From the NCBI GenBank assembly GCA_963737605.1, contig CAVTTE010000013.1, positions 75,282-139,281 of the forward strand: a stretch of 64,000 nucleotides of DNA, given 5' to 3'. This document shows, one piece after another, positions 53,162 through 62,346 of the stretch. Each line of letters starts with the position of its first letter. The stretch's first letter is position 1. Position numbers and translations under genes: made by a program. Origin of the DNA: an uncultured Actinomycetes bacterium (GTDB lineage Bacteria > Actinomycetota > Acidimicrobiia > IMCC26256 > JACDBD01). Below the pieces are notes generated by a model. It was not told where the DNA came from and did not search any database. It was given only the letters and a program-made list of their open reading frames with translations.

Positions 53162-53956
53162 GTGCTGCGCGTCGAGACCGGCGCCGACCACGTCTGCCGC
53201 GTCACGCTCGAGCGGCCCGAGGCGAAGAACGCACTGACCGTCGAGATGCGCGACCAGCTCGTCGAGGCGGTCCGGGCCGCCCGCGCCGATGCCGACGTGC
53301 GGGCGCTGCTGATCACCGGGACGGGCGACGCCTTCTGCGCCGGCATGGACCTCGGAGCATCGACGGTCGCGCAGGCGGGCCGGGAAGGCTTCGACACGCG
53401 TGCTACCGCGGAGGCGCTGCGCGTCGGCGTGCAGGCGTTCATCCGCGAGCTGTGGGAGCTCGACAAGCCGACGGTGGCGGCGGTCAACGGCGTCGCCGTC
53501 GGCCCCGGCGCCCACCTCGCCCTCGCGTGCGACTTCGTGCTCGTGCACAACGCCACGCGCTTCCTCTGGTCGTTCCACCGCTGGGGCCTCGTCGTCGACG
53601 CCGGCGGCGCGTACCTGCTCCCCCGCCTCGTCGGGCTCCCCCGCGCCAAGGCCATGGTGATGCTCGGCGAAGGATGCACCGGCGCCGAGGCGGTCGACCT
53701 CGGGCTCGCGTACCGGTGCCTCGAGCCCGACGAGCTCGAAGGCGAGGCGTCGGCGCTGGCGGCGCGCCTCGCTGCCGGGCCGACACGCGCCCTCGGGCTC
53801 TCGAAGCGCCTCCTCAACGAGAGCTTCGAGACCGACCTCGCCGACTCGCTCGAGCGCGAGGCCGCGTACCAGTCGCTCGCGACGACCTCGGGTGACCTCG
53901 TCGAGGGCATGGCCGCGTTCAAGGAACGACGCGACCCGCGGTTCACGGGGCGATAG
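53162..53956 (+). CDS. Enoyl-CoA hydratase/isomerase (PaaG-like, Asp in GLVVDAGG)
   Basis: AFCAGMDL, KPTVAAVNGVAVG, FHRWGLVVDAGG, FKERRDPRFTGR. Confidence 0.9.
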   Translation: MLRVETGADHVCRVTLERPEAKNALTVEMRDQLVEAVRAARADADVRALLITGTGDAFCAGMDLGASTVAQAGREGFDTRATAEALRVGVQAFIRELWELDKPTVAAVNGVAVGPGAHLALACDFVLVHNATRFLWSFHRWGLVVDAGGAYLLPRLVGLPRAKAMVMLGEGCTGAEAVDLGLAYRCLEPDELEGEASALAARLAAGPTRALGLSKRLLNESFETDLADSLEREAAYQSLATTSGDLVEGMAAFKERRDPRFTGR

Positions 53957-53958
53957 GC

Positions 53959-55143
53959 GTGCAGCTCGCGTGGGGTCCCGAGGAAGAAGCGTTCCGAGCC
54001 GAGCTCGTCGCGTTCCTCGACGAGCACGTGCCGCACGAGGCGGACGCAGGCTTCGACTACGCGGACTCCGGCGAGCGGGACGAGGGTGAGCTCATCCCGG
54101 CGTGGTCGCGCGCGTGGCAGGCGACGCTGTTCGACCACGGCTGGATGATCCCCGCCTACCCGCCCGAGCTCGGCGGCCGGAACTGCACACCGGTGCAGAC
54201 GCTCATCTACCTGGAGGAGATGGCACGCCGCCGCGTCCCCCGGTCGATGCACTTCCCCGGATACGCGATCGTCGCTCCGAGCCTCCTCGAGTTCGGGAGC
54301 GACGAGCAGCGCGAGCTCGTGCCGGCCGCGATCCGCGGCGACACGATCTGGTGCATCGGCATGAGCGAGCCGAACGCCGGCTCCGACCTCGCCGGCTTGT
54401 CCACCCGCGCCGAGGTCCACGACGACCACTTCGTCGTGAACGGCCAGAAGGTGTGGACGAGCTACGCCATGGCGGCGCAGAAATGCTTCTGCTACGTGCG
54501 GACCGACCCGAGCGTGCCGAAGCACAAGGGCATCAGCCTCCTCATCATGGACATGGACACGCCCGGCATCGACATCCGCCCGCTGCGCCACATCAGCGGC
54601 GCCGCGAACTTCGCCGAGGTGTTCTTCAGTGACGTCGTCGTCCCGCGCGAGAACCTCGTCGGGACGCTCAACGACGGATGGCGGATCACGCAAGGCTCCC
54701 TCGCGCACGAGCGCGCCGGGCTCTGGGTCGAGGGCGTGTCGCGCCTCGAGTCGACCATCCACGGCCTCGTCGGCGTCGCGACACGTCGCGGCCTCATCGA
54801 CGATCCGATCGTCCGGCGCCGGCTCGCGGAGCTCTCCGAGCGCGCCGCCAGCCTGCGCGCCCTCGGCTACAAGGGGTTCTCGAGCTTCGCCCAGGGCAGC
54901 TCGGCGCCCGAGCACTCGTTCATGAAGATGGCGACGTCGGAGCTCGGCAAGGAGTGCTGGGAGTACGGCATGGAGCTCCAGGGCGCGTACGGCGCGGTCG
55001 CCGACCCCGACCGCGGCGAGGAGGACGGCCGCTGGGTCATGGGCTTCTTCATGAGCTTCGCCAACACCATCGCCGGCGGCTCGTCCGAGATCCAGCGCAA
55101 CATCATCGCCCAGCGCGTGCTCGGGCTCCCGAGGGCCAGGTAG
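53959..55143 (+). CDS. Acyl-CoA dehydrogenase (full-length subunit)
   Basis: GMSEPNAGSDLA, NGQKVWTS, TIAGGSSEIQRNIIAQRVLGLPR. Confidence 0.93.
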   Translation: MQLAWGPEEEAFRAELVAFLDEHVPHEADAGFDYADSGERDEGELIPAWSRAWQATLFDHGWMIPAYPPELGGRNCTPVQTLIYLEEMARRRVPRSMHFPGYAIVAPSLLEFGSDEQRELVPAAIRGDTIWCIGMSEPNAGSDLAGLSTRAEVHDDHFVVNGQKVWTSYAMAAQKCFCYVRTDPSVPKHKGISLLIMDMDTPGIDIRPLRHISGAANFAEVFFSDVVVPRENLVGTLNDGWRITQGSLAHERAGLWVEGVSRLESTIHGLVGVATRRGLIDDPIVRRRLAELSERAASLRALGYKGFSSFAQGSSAPEHSFMKMATSELGKECWEYGMELQGAYGAVADPDRGEEDGRWVMGFFMSFANTIAGGSSEIQRNIIAQRVLGLPRAR

Positions 55144-55145
55144 CC

Positions 55146-56135
55146 GTGGACTTCACGCTCTCGCCCGACCAGGAGCTGCTGCGCGACACCGCGCGGCAGC
55201 TGCTGCGACGTGAGTGTCCGCCCGAATTGCTGCGGGCCCACATCGACGATCCCGCGGCGGCGGACCCGCTGTGGCGGCACCTGCGCGACTTCGCCGCCCT
55301 CGGTGACGGCCCGCTCACGGACCTGTGCCTGTTCGCCGAGGAGACGGGTTACGTCGCCGCTCCGGGCCCGTTCTTCCCGACGGCAGCGCTGTTCTCCCCG
55401 CTGCTCGGCGCCCTCGGTCACGAGCTCCTGTCCCCCGCCGTCGCCGGCGAGATCACCGGCACGGTCGCGGTCGCGGGCGCCGACGGCGTCTGGCAGGCGA
55501 ACGACGACCGGGTGAAGACGTTCGTGCCCGAGGCGGACCGGGTGGACTGGGTCGCGGTGGTGTCGAGCGGTCCGGCGGTGACGCTCGTGCAGTCACCGTC
55601 CGTTCGACAGGTGATGACCGTCGACTTCTCGCGCCGCATGTTCGAGGTGGAGGTCGGCCCGGGCTCGGGGCCGGCGCAGTCCGTCGACCCCGAGGCGTTC
55701 GAGACCGTGCTCGAGCGGGCGACGGTCGCGCTCGCAGCCGAGATGGCGGGCACCGCCCGCCGGCTGTTCGACATGACGCTCGCGTACGCCAAGGAGCGCG
55801 TGCAGTTCGACGTGCCGATCGGCTCGTTCCAGGCGATCCAGCACAAGCTCGCCGACGTGGCGCTCGATCTCGAACGGGCGACCAGCGCCGTGTACTACGC
55901 GGCGATGGCGATCGACGCCAAGGACGCCGACCGGCATCGGGCGACGCACGTGGCGAAGGCGGCGGCCGGCACCGCTGCCACGCGCGCGGCGAAGGACGGC
56001 ATCCAGGTCCACGGCGGGATCGGGTACACGTGGGAGCACGACCTGCACCTGTTCATCCGCCACGCGTACGGGTCCGAGGCGTGGCTCGGCACCCGCGACT
56101 GGCACCACGACCGCCTCGCCGAGCTGCTGTTCTGA
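55146..56135 (+). CDS. Acyl-CoA dehydrogenase (short partner subunit)
   Basis: DFTLSPDQELLR, YAKERVQFDVPIGSFQAIQH, QVHGGIGYTWEHDLHL. Confidence 0.92.
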   Translation: MDFTLSPDQELLRDTARQLLRRECPPELLRAHIDDPAAADPLWRHLRDFAALGDGPLTDLCLFAEETGYVAAPGPFFPTAALFSPLLGALGHELLSPAVAGEITGTVAVAGADGVWQANDDRVKTFVPEADRVDWVAVVSSGPAVTLVQSPSVRQVMTVDFSRRMFEVEVGPGSGPAQSVDPEAFETVLERATVALAAEMAGTARRLFDMTLAYAKERVQFDVPIGSFQAIQHKLADVALDLERATSAVYYAAMAIDAKDADRHRATHVAKAAAGTAATRAAKDGIQVHGGIGYTWEHDLHLFIRHAYGSEAWLGTRDWHHDRLAELLF

Positions 56136-56901
56136 TCAGGCGGGTCGTGCTGCGACACGCGCGAGCGCGTCGGCGATGAACGGGTAGGCGGCGTCGGCCC
56201 ACGCCGTGTGACCGATCCGGTTGGGGTGGAAGAGGTCGGCGCAGAACATCTCGGCGGTCCGGAACCGCGCGTCCGTGAGCTCGGCGATCGGGACCTTCAC
56301 GACGTGGTCGTGGCGGGCGGCGACCCGGGCGTGGGCACGGTCGAAGGCCGCGCTCCGCCGGGACGCCAGCGCCTTCAGCGGGTGCGCGAGCCGGGGGATG
56401 TTGCCGAGGTCGCCGATGCCCGTGAGCACGACGTCCGTTCCCGCCTCACCGAACGCCTCGACGACGGCGTCGAGATCGGCTTCGAAGCGTCGCAAGCCGC
56501 GTGCCGTGGGTCGCGTCGTTCGCGCCGACCGACACGACGGCGACGTCGGGCCGCAGGCGCTGCGCTTCCGGAACCTGACCGACGAGCACGTCACGCACCC
56601 TCGACCCGCCGGCGGCGACGCTCACCAACCGGATGCGCAGATCGGCGGCGAGTCGTCGCACCACCTGCCGGGACCACAGATCGTCACACGACTCGAGCCC
56701 GGGACCGGTGACGGTCGAGTCGCCGAGCAGGACGAGCCGAACCTCGGGGGCCGAATCCGGCCCGAACACGCAGTCGGGATCGAGGTCGCGGAAGCTCGGG
56801 AGCGGACGGTGCGCGACGTACCAGAACTGCGCCGCGACCGTCCCGACCGCGGCCATGGCCGCGAACGGGACCCCCGCCGCTCCCGCCAGCCCGAGTCGCA
56901 T
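56136..56901 (-). CDS. SGNH/GDSL hydrolase (one indel)
   Basis: LLGDSTVTG, SVGANDA, DLFHPNRIGH. Confidence 0.88.
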
Positions 56902-56963
56902 CCGCGCTGCCACGGGCACATTCTCCGACGCCGCGCACAGGATCGGGTGGATTTCGGAGCGAA

Positions 56964-57743
56964 CTACGAGCGGAGCGCGCCCGGCTCGTCGAGCCAGCGG
57001 TTCAGCGCCGCCGTCCGGGCGTTGCGGCAGATCAGCACGTGCTCGACGACGCGGCGGACCCGGCGCTGCTGCCCGGCCGTGACCGCCACCTGCCGCAGCA
57101 GGTAGTCGGCCTCGACGCCCGTGGTCCTCCTCGGCATAGGCGTGCACCTTGAAGTTCTCGACCTCGATGCCGTAGTGGTCCCGCATGCCCTCGTACATCT
57201 TCACCGCGTAGTTGGTGGAGGCGGCGAAGCGCTCGCCCGCCCAGCCGAAGGCGGCCAGGCCCTCCTCGTACGACCGGCGCATGTAGAAGAGCGTCGTGAA
57301 CACCGAGCCGATCGACTCGGGCATGGCGCGGTACGACACGAGCTCCTCGTCGGTGATGCCGAGCTGGTGGGCCCAGTCGACCTTCATGTCGAGGTGGTTG
57401 CGGTCCCCCGCGAAGCCCATCTCGTCGGCGAGGTTCTGCGCCCAGTGGACGAAGTGCTCGCTGCTGCCGAGATCGACGGCGTCGACGTCCGGGCGCGTTC
57501 GACACGATCGAGCCGAACTCGCTCGTGTACCACTTGCCGAGGAAGTAGTACTCCTTGCACAGCCGCTTGAGCAGGTCCATCGACAGGGTCCCGTCGGCGA
57601 CCCGCTCCCACACGAGGTTCTTCTCGGTCGCGACCTCGGCTTGGAGCGCCTCGAGCGACGACCATGAACTCGTCGACCGGCTGCGCGGGCGCGTTCTCGG
57701 CGCCGGACCCGCGGATGTCCCGGAACTCGCGGTGCTCGGACAT
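56964..57743 (-). CDS. Heme-oxygenase-like diiron enzyme (TenA/PqqC/CADD superfamily; frameshifted)
   Basis: Reconstructed helices with NLADEMG...NHL, AGER, FKVHAYAEEDHG: an E-x8-H / E / H-x3-E-x2-H ligand set. Confidence 0.75.
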
Positions 57744-57790
57744 GGCCGCTCCTCTATCTCCGCCTGACGACCGAAGGCTACGATATAGGG

Positions 57791-57804
57791 TGACATAGGT
57801 GTCA
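57791..57804. promoter_or_regulatory. Palindromic operator TGACA-TAGG-TGTCA
   Basis: Perfect inverted repeat centred in the 106-nt divergent gap between the diiron enzyme and hydantoinase B genes. Confidence 0.72.
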
Positions 57805-57849
57805 GATTCGCCCGTCGCATCAGGTCACGCGCGGCCAGGAGAGTCCGTC

Positions 57850-59670
57850 ATGAACGTCGATCTCGTCCAGCTCGCCGGCCATCGGGGACGTCTCCACGAT
57901 CGCCCCACCGTCGACCAGGTGACGGCCGAGGTGATCCGGGGCGCGATGGAGACCATCTGCTTCGAGATGGCCACCTACGTGTCGCGCACGGCCACGACGC
58001 CGATCCTCAACCAGAGCAACGAGCGCAACGCGACGATCCTCGACGCACAGGGCCGGCTCGCCGCCCTGTCGGTCGGCATCCCGCAGTTCATGCTCACCTC
58101 CACGCTGCCGGTGCGCTTCGCGCTCGAGTACCTCGGGCGTCGACGAGTTCCACGAAGGCGACGTGTTCGCGGCCAACGACCCGTACCACGGCGGCGGCCA
58201 CCTCCCCGACTACAACGTCTTCGCGCCCGTCTTCGGCGACGATCCCGAACACGGGTGAGCGGCGGATGGTGCTCATCGCGAGCATCCAGTGCCACCACGG
58301 CGACACCGGCGGCGACGTGCCGGGTGGCTACAACGTCACCGCCAACGACATCTGGGGCGAGGGTGTGCGCTGGCCGGTCGTGAAGGTGATCGACCGGGGC
58401 GTCGAGCGCCGCGACGTGCTCTACGCGATGGCGGCCAACAACCGCCTGCCCGACTACATCGGCGACCTGCGCGCGCAGATCGGCGCCGCGCAGCTGGCCG
58501 CCGACCGCCTCGGCGACATCATCGACCGCTCCGGCGTCGACACCGTCGAGCAGTCGGTCGACTTCATGATCGACTACGCGGCGCGCCGGTTCCGCGAAGA
58601 GGTCACCGCGTGGCCCGACGGCGTCTACGAGGCCGACGCGTACGTCGACCACGACCCGCTCGGCAACCCCGACATCCACCTGCACGTGAAGATCACCGTC
58701 GACGGCGACGACCTGACGATCGACTACACGGGCAGCGACACGCGCCAGGAGATCCAGGCGTGGTCGACGTTCGGCAACACCCGCGGGTACACGGTCGGCC
58801 AGATCGCGTCGATGATGGACCCGGAGATCCCGAAGAACGAGGGGTTCTTCGACCAGATCAAGCTGATCGTGCCGCAGGGCTGCGTGCTGAACCCGCACCC
58901 GAGCAAGCCGGTGAGCGCGGGCACGCACCACCCGGGCGCCGACGTCGGCGAGGTCATCGCGGTCGCGATGCAGCACGTGCTGCCGGACAAGGCCGTGCCG
59001 CAGACCTACAAGACCGGCATCCCGACGATCATCGTCGGCGTCGACCCGCGCACGGGCCAGTCGTTCACCGACCACTCGGCCGAGGTGTACGCGGGCTGGT
59101 GCAACGCCGGCAAGGGCATGGACGCGTGGGGGGCGCAGAACGCGGCGTTCGGCAACCTCTGGAAGGCGACGGCCGAGATCAACGAGAGCCTGTACCCGCA
59201 CGTGCAGTGGAGCCGCGACTACCGCACCGACTCGGGCGGCCCGGGCCAGTGGCGCGGGCTGTGCGGCAGCCACTACGAGAAGGAAGTGCTCGTCGACGCC
59301 AAGGTCTACACGTACGTCGTCGGCATGAAGTACCCGATGCCGGGCATCTGCGGCGGCGAGCCCGGCGCGCCGAACAAGATGGTGATCCGCTACGGCTCCG
59401 ACGACCCGTTCGTCGTGCAGCACACCGCCGACTGGGTGCCGATCGACGGCGGCGCAGCGCGTCATGTACGACTACGGCGGCGGGGGCGGCTGGGGCGACC
59501 CGCTCGACCGTGACCCGCAGGCCGTGCTCGACGACGTGCTCGACGAGTACGTGAGCGTCGAGGGCGCCGAGCGCGACTACGGCGTCGTGCTCACCGGCTC
59601 GCTCGAGGACCTCACGCTCGCGGTCGACGAGGAGGCGACGGCCGCCCTTCGCGCACAGCGTCGCGGCTGA
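57850..59670 (+). CDS. Hydantoinase B/oxoprolinase family subunit (indels)
   Basis: SRTATTPIL, ANDPYHGGGHLPD, CHHGDTGGDVPG, DSGGPGQWRG, GGGGWGDPLDRDP. Confidence 0.92.
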
Positions 59671-59671
59671 C

Positions 59672-61762
59672 ATGGGCTACCGGGTGGGCGTGGACGTCGG
59701 GGGGACGTTCACCGACCTCATCTGCGTGACGCCCGACGGCGAGGTCGTGCTCGACAAGACGCCGACCACGCTCGACGACCAGTCGATCGGCGTCATGAAC
59801 GGCCTCGCAGCAGCTCGCCGACCGGTTCGACCGCCCGCTCTCCGAGCTGTGCGCCGAGCTCGACATCCTCGTGCACGGCACCACCACCGCCGACAACACG
59901 ATGATCGAGATGAACGGCGCGCCGACCGGCCTGCTCGTGACCGAGGGGCATCGCGACGAGATCGAGATGCGCCGCGTCCACAAGGAGCAGATCTGGGACC
60001 CGACGTACCCGGCACCGCCGCCGATCGCGCGCCGCCGGGCGCGCATCCCGATCCCCGAGCGCATGAACTTCCGAGGGCGAGGTGCTGCACGCCGCTCGAC
60101 GAGGACGCCGTCCGCCGGGGCGTGCGGCGGCTGCAGCAGCTCGGCGTGCAATCGATCGCGGTGATGTTCCTGTTCTCGCTTCGTGAACCCGGAGCACGAG
60201 CGACGCGCCGCCGAGATCATCCGGGAGGAGTTCCCCGACGTCGACCACGTCTCGCTCTCGCACGAGGTGATGGCGCGCGGGCCGGAGTTCGAGCGGGTGT
60301 CGACGACGCTCGTGAACGCGTACGTGGCGCCGAAGATCGCCGCGTACGTCGGCCGGCTGCAGGAGAAGCTGCGCGCCGCCGGCTACGGCGGGCCGCTGCT
60401 CATCATGCAGTCGACCGGCGGGGTGATGCCGCCCGACTACGTCGCCCGCCGGGCGGTGTCGCTGCTGGCGTCCGGCCCGACCGGCGGCGTGATGGGCGCG
60501 GCGCTGGCCGCGGGCAAGGCCGGCGTCGAGGACTTCATCGCCGTCGACATGGGCGGCACCAGCTTCGACCTGTGCCTCGTGCGCGGCGGGCAGCCCGAGA
60601 TCAAGACCGACTGGAACTGGCGCTACCGGTACTACATCGGCCTGCCCATGGTCGACGTGCAGAGCGTCGGCGCCGGCGGCGGGTCGATCGCCCGCGTGCG
60701 CCAGGGCGCGCTGCTCGTCGGTCCCGAGAGCGCCGGCTCCGCGCCCGGACCGGTCTGCTACGGCCGCGGCGGCGACCCGCCCGACGGTCACCGACGCCGA
60801 CGCCGTGCTCGGGTACCTCCCGCTCGACGGGTTCGCCGGCGGCCGCATGACGCTCGACGTCGACGGCGCGCGCGACGCCATCCAACGCGACGTCGCCGAG
60901 CCGCTCGGACTCGACGTCGTCGAGGCCGCGTGGGGCATCGAGCGCATCGTGAACGCCAACATGGCCAACGCGACCCGCCGGGTGCTGGCGTCACACGGCG
61001 CCGACGCCCGCGAGCTCGCGCTGATCGCGTACGGCGGCAACGGCGCCGTGCACGCGTGGGCGATCGCCACCGAGCTCGGCATCGACCGCATCCTCGTCCC
61101 GAAGGCGGCGCCGGCGTTCTCCGCCCTCGGCGTCCTCGTCGCCGACTACGTCGTCGATCTCGTGCGCGCCTACGTCGTCCCGCTGTCGCAGGTCGACCTC
61201 GGCGCGGCTGCGCGCGCTCATGTCGCGAGCTGCAGCGACGAGGCCGCGCAAGGAGCTCGACCCGACCGGTCTCGCCGACGACGCAGGTCGACGTCGGCCT
61301 GTTCGCGCAGATGTGCTACCCGGGTCAGAACTTCGACATGAGCGTGCCCGTCCCCGAAGGCGACGCGCTCGACGAGCCCGGGCTCCTCGACCTCGCCGAG
61401 CGGTTCCACGACCAGCACGAGGCCGACCGCGGCTTCTGCTTCCGCAACCAGCAGCCGTTGCTGCGCGGCGTGCGGCTCGTCGCCCGCGGCTACACGCCCA
61501 AGCCCGAGCGCCTCGGCGCCGCTCGGCGCGGTCACGCGACGCGACGGCGGCGCGGCGAGGCACCGGCGCGCGTACTTCGGGCCCGAGTTCATGGGGTCGG
61601 GTTCGTCGACGCGCCCGTCTACGACGGCTCCGCTGCTCGGCCCCGGCGTCGAGGTGCGCGGGCCCGCGCTCGTCGAGGAGCCGTTCACGGTGGTGGTGCG
61701 TTCCGCCGGGCGCGACGGCTCGCCTCGACGAGCTCGGCAACTACGCGCTCACGGTCTCGTAG
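59672..61762 (+). CDS. Hydantoinase A/oxoprolinase family ATP-binding subunit (frameshifted)
   Basis: GVDVGGTFTD, HGTT, EFERVSTTLVNAY, SGPTGG, DMGGTSFD, GAGGGSIA, GPESAGSAPGP. Confidence 0.92.
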
Positions 61763-61773
61763 CCTCCGCGTGC

Positions 61774-62346
61774 GTGCCGGTCTTCTTCGATCCTGAGTCG
61801 TACGCGATCGTCGAGGCGGCGTGCGAGCGGCTGATCCCGGCCGGCGGAGGGACACCCCGGCGCCACGGCGCTCGGCGTCGCCGACTACATCGACGGGCTG
61901 CTCGGCGCCTTCGCCGTCGACCCGCCCCGGATCTGGGCGGGCGGGCCGTTCTCGGGCCGGCACGGCGGCGAGGCGTCGTTCGGCACGTTCCTGCGCGCTC
62001 TCGCGCGCTCGAGGAGCTCGCGTGGCGCACGCGGATCGAGGGCTCGCAGGGCATCGCCGAGCGCGAGTTCAACGGGCCGGTCGCGGGCTGGCAGCAGCGA
62101 GTACCGCGACGGGATCGCCGCGCTCGGCCCCGACTTCGCCACGCTCGCCGCCGACGAGCAGGACGCGCGCCTCGACGCCGCGCCGGAGTTCAAGCAGCTG
62201 CTGTACGGGCACGCGTGCGAGGGCGCGTACGGCGCGCCCGAGTACGGCGGCAACCGCGACCTCGCGCGGCTGGCGAGGCGATCGGGTTCCCGGGCGACGT
62301 GCAGCCCCGCGGCTACACCGACGACGAGGTGACCGGCCGTGACTGA
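61774..62346 (+). CDS. Gluconate 2-dehydrogenase subunit 3-like protein (frameshifted)
   Basis: IVEAACERLIP, VADYID, EGAYGAPEYGGNRD, IGFPG. Confidence 0.8.
   Translation: MPVFFDPESYAIVEAACERLIPAGGGTPRRHGARRRRLHRRAARRLRRRPAPDLGGRAVLGPARRRGVVRHVPARSRALEELAWRTRIEGSQGIAEREFNGPVAGWQQRVPRRDRRARPRLRHARRRRAGRAPRRRAGVQAAAVRARVRGRVRRARVRRQPRPRAAGEAIGFPGDVQPRGYTDDEVTGRD

Noticed and set aside
50149-54915. 1588-aa minus-strand ORF (and many other long Arg/Ala/Pro-rich ORFs in the track)
   Set aside because: Antisense shadows of recognisable genes on the opposite strand; high-GC codon bias suppresses stops, and there are no domain motifs.
56964-57743. Calling the HO-fold gene pqqC because a PQQ-type propeller is nearby
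   Set aside because: No pqqA/B/D/E genes in the window, and the protein carries a diiron-type ligand set rather than recognisable PqqC motifs.
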